A program made the position numbers and the translations under genes. This document shows, piece by piece, positions 57,590 through 64,000 of a stretch of DNA of 64,000 bases; positions within the stretch are counted from its first letter, which is position 1; every line of letters begins with the position of its first letter. The notes under the pieces are model-generated. The model had not been told where the DNA came from, ran no database searches, and worked only from the letters and a program-made list of their open reading frames with translations. Origin of the DNA: Thermoplasmata archaeon (GTDB lineage: Archaea > Thermoplasmatota > Thermoplasmata > Lutacidiplasmatales > UBA184); assembly GCA_052326445.1 (NCBI GenBank), contig JBKQNC010000017.1:129227-193226 (forward strand), given 5' to 3'.

Positions 57590-58924
57590 GAGGGGCAGGG
57601 TCACGTGGACCCGGAAGGGATGGACTCCGTTGAGAATCCCGAGTTCCGCGACCGATAGCCCGGTGGCGACCACCGTCGCGGCTGCCCAGGCCGTGGCGGC
57701 GCCCACCCCTCCATAGAGTGGTACGAGCCAGAACGAGAGCCCCACGTCCGCCACCGCCGCGGCCAGGGAGTTGTACGCCACGAACCGGGTCTGGCCGAAC
57801 GCCACCTGGGTGGCGGAGCTCGGTCCAAAGATCGTGGACACGAAGGCGCCGAGGACCGTGATCTGGAGCGGGGCGATCACTGCCGTGTATCGGTTGCCGT
57901 AGACGAACCCGAGGGAGCCACTCGGCTCGAAGAAGAAGACGATGAACAGGGGCAGGGAGAACAGGAGCATCCACTTGGTCACCGTCGCGTAGGTCATCCG
58001 GATCGAGGCCAGGTCCTGCGCTCGGAAGAACCGGGTCGTCACCGGGAGGAAGATGTACGCGGCGGCTCCGATCCCGATCTGGAGGAGACGGGCCAGGGTG
58101 AGCGAGGCGGTGTAGGTGCCGACCGAGGAAGGGGTGAAGACGCCCAGGATCAGGGTGTCGCCGTTACCCGTGACGCTGGCGAGGATGCCGGCGACGAACA
58201 GCGGGGCCGCGAAGTAGAGGAGTCGCGGGAACGCCGCGGGGTCCCGGGGGCCGGTGGGGAGCCGACGGGGGAGGCGGGCGAAGGTGTAGACCGTGACGAG
58301 CCCGAGGGTGACGACGGTCGCCGCGGCGTAGGCGAGGAGGGCGCTCTCGTACCCCAGCGTCCCCTTCGGGAAGGCGAAACCGTGCGTGAAGAGGACAGCT
58401 CCGAGAAAGGCGACGAACAGGAGCGGGTTGACGATCTGGAGGAAGAGGGCGTTCGGGGTCACGTCCTCGTATCCCTGGAAGACTGCGGCGAGGACGTTCG
58501 CGACGATCGACGCCCCGACCGCGACCGAGAAGAACTGGAGCGCGAGGCCGATATCCGGCTCACCGAGGCGGTTCCCGACGGCGGGCCCGACGACCCACAG
58601 GACGATCGTGACCGCCGCTCCGCAGAACGCGGCCACGACCACCGAGCCACGGACCATGGCCCGTCGTTCCGCGTCCGAGTTGGCGTAGGGGAGGCTACGG
58701 GCGATCGCGTTCGGTAGGCCGAGCGTCCCGAACGCGGCCAGGAAACCGGCGAGGGTCAGGCCCCAGGAAAAGGCGCTCCACTCCTCGGTGCTGATGCTCC
58801 GGACGATGATGACCCGGGCGACGAACGTGAGGAGAACGAACAGCAGCGTCGCCGTCAGCAGGAAGAGGGTGCCTCGCGTGACGCTCGAGAGGCCCTCCCG
58901 GACCCGGACCGAGGAGGAGTCCAC
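57347..58924 (-). CDS. Wzx/RfbX-like flippase
   Basis: TLGLPNAIAR, LL.FAAPL, D.LILG.F....VG.Y, FLP, LVPLYG.VGAA.A; GTG start at 58924 inferred. Confidence 0.85.
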   Translation of the reverse strand: MDSSSVRVREGLSSVTRGTLFLLTATLLFVLLTFVARVIIVRSISTEEWSAFSWGLTLAGFLAAFGTLGLPNAIARSLPYANSDAERRAMVRGSVVVAAFCGAAVTIVLWVVGPAVGNRLGEPDIGLALQFFSVAVGASIVANVLAAVFQGYEDVTPNALFLQIVNPLLFVAFLGAVLFTHGFAFPKGTLGYESALLAYAAATVVTLGLVTVYTFARLPRRLPTGPRDPAAFPRLLYFAAPLFVAGILASVTGNGDTLILGVFTPSSVGTYTASLTLARLLQIGIGAAAYIFLPVTTRFFRAQDLASIRMTYATVTKWMLLFSLPLFIVFFFEPSGSLGFVYGNRYTAVIAPLQITVLGAFVSTIFGPSSATQVAFGQTRFVAYNSLAAAVADVGLSFWLVPLYGGVGAATAWAAATVVATGLSVAELGILNGVHPFRVHVTLPLLVTGIPVGIALALLHPTLPLWALPGLGLAVAVAFIAVVVATRSIDRGDQLFLHVVEGLIGRQIPFVRRLGRWALRPAGPR

Positions 58925-59014
58925 TGAGTTCGCCCTGTCCCGGGGCGGCTTGGCACAGTAAATACCCACCGTTCGGGTAGCACCGTCTTGTAGGAGGAGG
59001 CAGGTCGACCTCCC

Positions 59015-61054
59015 GTGGCGGTACCCGGCCCCTCCGGAGGCCTCCTGCTCGTGGGCCTGCTCCTTCTTGGGGGGTTCGCCACGGTCGTCGGGGAGGGGGT
59101 TCGGTTCCCTGCCGCCCGCTGGGTCGCCTCGTGGCGAGACCTCGAGACCCTCGAACGGATCCTCCTGGACTTTTTCCTCGGCGGGGCTCTCGTCTACCTG
59201 GTCGCCGCGGTACCACTCGGGTTGTTCGTCGAGCCGGTCCTCCTGGCCCTCTTCGTCGCGTCCGGGGCCGGGATCCTGGCCTACCACCTGAGGCGCCCCG
59301 GGGCGGCTCGGAATTCGATCGCGACTTTCCTCCGGCCCCTCCACCAACCGCCCGCCCTCCTCACGCTGCTCGCCGCGCTCGGAGTGCTGATGTTCGAGGT
59401 GGCCCTGGCCCTCCCGGTCGGCACCGGCAACACGTTCGACTCGAGCCTGCTGACCATGTACACTTCCCGGCTCGTCGACACCCACCAGATCGCCCTCTCG
59501 TTCCAGCCGTACGCCCCGACCGCGATCCTCTACCCCCAGGGAATCACGGCGTGGATGGGCACGGCCCAGATCCTCCTCGGTCTCCCGCTGGCCCGGACCA
59601 GCCTGCTCGTCACCCCTCTCTTCTTCGCCCTTGCGCCGGTCGGAGGGTACGTCTTCGGGCGACGCTGGTTCGGGAGCACGCGGGCGGGCTTGGCCGTCGC
59701 CCTCATGCTCGCGCTCGTGACCAGCTGGACCCGGGTGCTCGTCGGAGGGAGCAACGATTTCGTCGCGGCGTTCCCCCTCGTCCTCCTGGTCGCCGGCCAG
59801 GCCTCGACGTGGCTTCGGGAGGTCCCGTCCTGGCCCGACGCGCTGGCGTTCGGACTGTTGGTCGGCTACTCGGCGGCCCTCAACCCGGTCGGGGCCGAAT
59901 GGCTGCTCCCCGCCCTCCTGATCGCGGCGGTCCTGTCGTCGCCCCGATTTGCAGGAGCCCCCGGAAAATGGCTGATCCGTTGGACGGCCGGCCTCGCGGT
60001 CGCGCTGGCGGTCCTCACACCGACCTGGTACGTCCTCGCTGGCGGCGCCGGCCCTTGGAAGCTCACCCCGGGGGTGGGCGTCCCTACGACGGCGTCCTCC
60101 CTCGGCATCTCGGGGCCCCAGTTCGTCGGGCTGGTCGACCCGTATCTCTTCGGTCCGACCGACGTCTGGCTCTCGCCGGTCCCCGCCCTACGGCTCGAGC
60201 TGGCCCTGCTGCTCACGGCCGGGCTGGCCCTCCTGATCCTTGGGAGTCGGACCCCCCTCGGTCGGTTCACCGCCCAATTCCGAACCTTTCTCGTCGCCGG
60301 GCTCGTCGTCCAATTCGCCCTGCTGGGCGTGGGGCTCGCGGCTTCTACGGGGTACGGGCCGGCGGTGGCCCTCGGTAATCTGACCAGCTGGGCGGAGCTC
60401 TCGATCTGGTTGTTCACCCTGTACGGTCTGATCGCGACGCTGCCGTTGATCCTCGGTCTGGAGTGGCTGGCGATCCGGCTCCGAACACCTCCCGCCGGGT
60501 CGGTCCCCGCGCGCCCGCCCCTCGACCCGAAATGGAGGTTGGCCCGACGACGCCGGTGGAGCGCCGCGCTCGGCCCGCTCGCGCTGGTCCTCGTGATCGT
60601 GCTGCCCGGCGTGGCCTTCACGACGGCGCAGCTACCGCCCCCCCTCGCGACGCTCTACTCGGACTTCGGCAACGTCACGTCGGCGGACTTCGCGCTGTTG
60701 GAGTACATGGGCACCCATCTCCCGCCCGGGGCGCGTCTCCTCGTCGCCCCCGGGAGCGCCGCCGATTTCGTTCCCGCGTACGACGCGAAGGTGGTGCTGC
60801 TGTACCCGCTGGTCCCCGGTTGGCAAGAGGCGAACGCGTCGTACTCGCTCGTCGTCCAGGAGCTTACGAATGCGACCTTGAACGTTCGCGGGGTCCAGGC
60901 CTTGGACTTCCTGGACGTGGGATACGTCGCGGTGACCGGCACGAGCACGACGCTCTGGCGTCCGTTCTATCCGGGGGTCTTCCTCAGCGACCCGACCGCC
61001 TTCGTCGAGCAGTTCCACGAAGGGGAAGCGTACCTGTTCGCCTACACGGCCTGA
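59015..61054 (+). CDS. Polytopic membrane protein, possibly a GT-C-fold glycosyltransferase
   Basis: Many TMs, an Asp-containing external loop (GNTFDS) with YP.G, C-terminal extracellular domain; divergent from the flippase. Confidence 0.55.
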   Translation: MAVPGPSGGLLLVGLLLLGGFATVVGEGVRFPAARWVASWRDLETLERILLDFFLGGALVYLVAAVPLGLFVEPVLLALFVASGAGILAYHLRRPGAARNSIATFLRPLHQPPALLTLLAALGVLMFEVALALPVGTGNTFDSSLLTMYTSRLVDTHQIALSFQPYAPTAILYPQGITAWMGTAQILLGLPLARTSLLVTPLFFALAPVGGYVFGRRWFGSTRAGLAVALMLALVTSWTRVLVGGSNDFVAAFPLVLLVAGQASTWLREVPSWPDALAFGLLVGYSAALNPVGAEWLLPALLIAAVLSSPRFAGAPGKWLIRWTAGLAVALAVLTPTWYVLAGGAGPWKLTPGVGVPTTASSLGISGPQFVGLVDPYLFGPTDVWLSPVPALRLELALLLTAGLALLILGSRTPLGRFTAQFRTFLVAGLVVQFALLGVGLAASTGYGPAVALGNLTSWAELSIWLFTLYGLIATLPLILGLEWLAIRLRTPPAGSVPARPPLDPKWRLARRRRWSAALGPLALVLVIVLPGVAFTTAQLPPPLATLYSDFGNVTSADFALLEYMGTHLPPGARLLVAPGSAADFVPAYDAKVVLLYPLVPGWQEANASYSLVVQELTNATLNVRGVQALDFLDVGYVAVTGTSTTLWRPFYPGVFLSDPTAFVEQFHEGEAYLFAYTA

Positions 61055-61067
61055 GCGACCGAGCGAC

Positions 61068-61967
61068 CTAGACGAACTCGTCGAGGAGGGCATCCCGGCC
61101 TTTCAGGCCGGACTTCTGGAGCGCGAGCGGGCCGGCCGAAAGGACCTCCTCGAGGTCCTCGTAGGTCGGACGCTCGGTGCGGTAGAACAGCCCGATCGGG
61201 ATCTTGTCACCCCACTCGAGCGAGCGGGCGAACGCCTGGACGAGGTCGTTCGGGTCGTGGCCGGCACTCTCGAGCTTGTAGACGCGTTGGCGGAAGAAGT
61301 CGAACGTGTTGACCTTGTTGTAGGTGACGCACGGGCTGAAGACGTCGACGAAGGAGAACCCGTGGTGCTGGATGCCGCCCGCGACCAGGTCGGCGAGCTG
61401 CTTCACGTCGCCCGAGAACCCGCGCGCGACGTACGTCGCGCCGCTCGCGAGCGCGAGGGAGATTGGTTCGATCGGGCGCTCGATGACCCCGTTCGGCGTC
61501 GACTTGGTCTTCTGTCCAAGTGTGGAGGTCGGGCTCGCCTGGCCGGTCGTCAGGCCGTAGATCTGGTTGTCCATGGTGACGTACGTCATGTCGACGTTCC
61601 GTCGCATCGTGTGGATGAAATGTCCCACGCCGATGCCGAACCCGTCCCCGTCCCCGCCGGTGCCGATGACGGTGAGCCCGTGGTTCGCCCACCGGATCCC
61701 TTCCGCAACGGGGAGGGACCGGCCGTGGATCGCGTGGAAGCCGTACGAGTTCAGGAAGTGCGGGAGGTTCGAGGAGCACCCGATCCCCGAGATGAGGACG
61801 ACGTTCTGGCTCGGGATCTGGAGCCGCTTCACGGCCATCTCGATCGCGGCGACGACCCCGAAGTCCCCGCAGCCCGGGCACCAGGTCGGTTTCTTGTCCG
61901 ACTTCCCGATCAGCGGGAGGGCGGGGCCGGTCGGCGTGAGGGCGGGTTTCGCGCTAGTTTGGGCCAT
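61068..61967 (-). CDS. 2-oxoacid:ferredoxin oxidoreductase beta subunit
   Basis: WCPGCGDF, SGIGCS, TPP motif GDGD...DN, GLTTGQ.SPT, SPCVTYN. Confidence 0.95.
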   Translation of the reverse strand: MAQTSAKPALTPTGPALPLIGKSDKKPTWCPGCGDFGVVAAIEMAVKRLQIPSQNVVLISGIGCSSNLPHFLNSYGFHAIHGRSLPVAEGIRWANHGLTVIGTGGDGDGFGIGVGHFIHTMRRNVDMTYVTMDNQIYGLTTGQASPTSTLGQKTKSTPNGVIERPIEPISLALASGATYVARGFSGDVKQLADLVAGGIQHHGFSFVDVFSPCVTYNKVNTFDFFRQRVYKLESAGHDPNDLVQAFARSLEWGDKIPIGLFYRTERPTYEDLEEVLSAGPLALQKSGLKGRDALLDEFV

Positions 61968-63708
61968 GGTTCAGCACCTCCAGGGCGCGGGCGACGATCT
62001 CGTGGGGGTAGAAGGGCTCGCCGTCGTACTTGAGCAATCGGTCCGGGAAGACGACCCCGGCCTCGGCGCGCAGCAGGCGACCGAACTGGCCCGAGAAGTT
62101 CGCCTCGATGAGGAGCGTGCGATGCGTCGTCGCCATCGCCTCTCGAACCCGCTTCGCATCCACCGGGTACACGGTCGGGAAGTGGAGTACGTTGGTCGAC
62201 TTTCCCTGCGCGGCTAGAACCACCATCGCGTCCCGGATGGCCCCGACGGTCGAGCCCCAGGCAACGAACGTGAGCGGGGCGTCCGCCGGCCCCTCCAAGA
62301 CGGGGGGGGAGGACTGGGCGAGCAGCCCCTCCAACTTGTGCATCCGCTTGTCCATCATCCGCGTGCGTTCCGCGACCCAGACCGGGATGCCACTGAGCAC
62401 GTCGGACACCAGGTGGCCTCGCTCGTCATGCTCGTCGGACCCCGCGATGAACTGGAGCCCCGGCTGACCCGGCAGGGCCCGAGGGGACACGCCGCTCGAA
62501 GTGTACTGATAGCGCTTGTAGTCGTGCCCGTTCGGCGCGACCGTGAACAGGCTCGCGGGCTCGACGTCGAACGGGATCTCCTCGCGGTCGACCGTCATGT
62601 GGTTCTCCGAAAGGTGGAGGTCGCTCGCGACGAGGACGGGCGTCTGCCAGTTCTCGGCAAGGTCGAAGGCGCGGATCATAGCGTGGTAGGCCTCGGCCGG
62701 GTTCGACGGGGCGAGTATCGCCCGGGGGAACTCGCTCTGGCCCGCGCCCAGCATCAGATTGAGGTCCCCCTGTTCGGTCTTGGTCGGGAGTCCTGTGGAC
62801 GGGCCCGCGCGCTGCGAGTTGACGACGACGACGGGGGTTTCCGTCATGCCGGCCATACCGAGCGCCTCGACCATGAGAGAGAATCCGCCGCCGCTCGTAG
62901 CGGTCATCGCCCGCACGCCGCCGAACGACGCCCCGATCGCCATGTTGATCGCGGCGAGCTCGTCCTCCGCCTGCTTCACGACGATGCCGAGCGCGCGCGA
63001 GTGGTCCGCGAGCCAGTGCATGATCGACGACGCGGGGGTCATGGGGTACTGGGCGAGGAACTTGCATCCGGCGGCCGCCGCGCCGAGCCCGATCCCCTGG
63101 TTGCCGGTCATCAAGAGCTTCGGGGCCCCGCCCTTCTTCACGGCCGAGGGGTGGACGCTGGCGTGGGCCTCCGCGTAGTGGAACGCGTCCGAGCTCGCCC
63201 CGAGATTCCAGTCGACGACGTCGCCCTTCTTCCGGCCGAACGAATCGGTGAGGACCTGGTGGAGGAGGTCGAGGGGGATCCCGGAGAGGAACGCCACCGC
63301 GCCGACCCCTCCCGCATTCTGGAGGATCGACTGGCTCGTGTATTTCCGGGCGATCTCGAGCGTGGGAATGGGCAGCGCCGTGACTCCCGCCGGGAGTTCG
63401 CTCTGGCTGACGGCGAACTTCTCGGGGTCGAAGATGACGTATCCTCCCTTTCGGAGGCCGGGAGCGTGGACGTCGACCGTTTGTCGGTCGAGCGCGTAGA
63501 GCAGGTCGAGCCCGTCGCCCTGGGAGTACGGACGGGCGGTCGAGGTCCGGGCGTGGTAGTAGACGTGCCCGCCGCGGATGACGGACTGGTAGGCGTTGAG
63601 GCCGAAGACGTGGAGACCGAGTCGGGAGAACGAACGGGCGATCGTTTCGCCCACGGAGGCGATCCCGTCCCCTGCCTGTCCGCCCACGCGGACCCCGATC
63701 TCCGGCAT
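61954..63708 (-). CDS. 2-oxoacid:ferredoxin oxidoreductase alpha subunit (gamma-alpha fusion)
   Basis: GGQAGDGI, IRGGH, YPMTP, QAEDE, TSGGGFSLM.E, RAGPSTGLPT..EQ.D. Confidence 0.95.
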   Translation of the reverse strand: MPEIGVRVGGQAGDGIASVGETIARSFSRLGLHVFGLNAYQSVIRGGHVYYHARTSTARPYSQGDGLDLLYALDRQTVDVHAPGLRKGGYVIFDPEKFAVSQSELPAGVTALPIPTLEIARKYTSQSILQNAGGVGAVAFLSGIPLDLLHQVLTDSFGRKKGDVVDWNLGASSDAFHYAEAHASVHPSAVKKGGAPKLLMTGNQGIGLGAAAAGCKFLAQYPMTPASSIMHWLADHSRALGIVVKQAEDELAAINMAIGASFGGVRAMTATSGGGFSLMVEALGMAGMTETPVVVVNSQRAGPSTGLPTKTEQGDLNLMLGAGQSEFPRAILAPSNPAEAYHAMIRAFDLAENWQTPVLVASDLHLSENHMTVDREEIPFDVEPASLFTVAPNGHDYKRYQYTSSGVSPRALPGQPGLQFIAGSDEHDERGHLVSDVLSGIPVWVAERTRMMDKRMHKLEGLLAQSSPPVLEGPADAPLTFVAWGSTVGAIRDAMVVLAAQGKSTNVLHFPTVYPVDAKRVREAMATTHRTLLIEANFSGQFGRLLRAEAGVVFPDRLLKYDGEPFYPHEIVARALEVLNHGPN

Positions 63709-63770
63709 CCAGTCATTCGAGAAAGCGTGCGTATTAAGGGGTTTGCGGGCTGCGGCAACGGAGGTAACCT

Positions 63771-64000
63771 CTGACGGGAGTTCGTCGACCTCCGGGATCG
63801 GGGACGGTCCGGGTCCGCCTCTTTGCGACGACCCGGACGGCCGTGGGAACGGCGCGACTGGATTGGCCCATTCCCGCCGAGGGGATGACCGTGGGGGAAC
63901 TGCTGGCCGCGCTGGCGAAGGAGTACCCCGCCCTTCGTGGCCTCCTCGCGTCGAGCCGAATCTTTCTGGACGGGGAACTCCTCTCCGGAACCCACGACCG
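63771..64000 (+). CDS. MoaD/ThiS/SAMP ubiquitin-like protein (3' end outside the window); not in the ORF track
   Basis: Manual translation ..VRVRLFATTRTAVG..RLDWPIPAEGMTVGELLAALAKEYPALRGLLASSRIFLDGE.. fits the beta-grasp MoaD pattern; C-terminal GG not visible. Confidence 0.75.
   Translation, partial: MTGVRRPPGSGTVRVRLFATTRTAVGTARLDWPIPAEGMTVGELLAALAKEYPALRGLLASSRIFLDGELLSGTHD

Overview
Gene-dense, very GC-rich (~70% by eye) archaeal chromosomal segment. Archaeal marker genes (archaeal SAM synthetase, proteasome alpha-SBDS-exosome-L37ae-RpoP superoperon, rps12-rps7-aEF-2, RadB, PolB, Nre, Trm1, intron-containing tRNA-Trp) plus bacterial-type UvrB suggest a high-GC Thermoplasmata-like euryarchaeon (inference). 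About 60 mostly housekeeping CDSs. I found no CRISPR array, transposase, integrase or rRNA. Most notable observations: (1) three 34-nt tandem units between convergent ogt and fusA (45101-45202), each a hairpin whose stems differ by compensatory base-pair swaps; (2) a GcvH/LbpA-like-TusA fusion whose lipoyl Lys is replaced by Arg, next to a rhodanese, suggesting a lipoate-independent sulfur carrier; (3) a tRNA-Trp with a 90-nt intron carrying box C/D-type self-guides; (4) two conserved genes (trm1, moaD/SAMP) without a canonical start codon; (5) a bacterial-type TetR-SDR islet with its own operator at the tRNA 3' end. All functional calls come from motif recognition by eye; no database searches were run.
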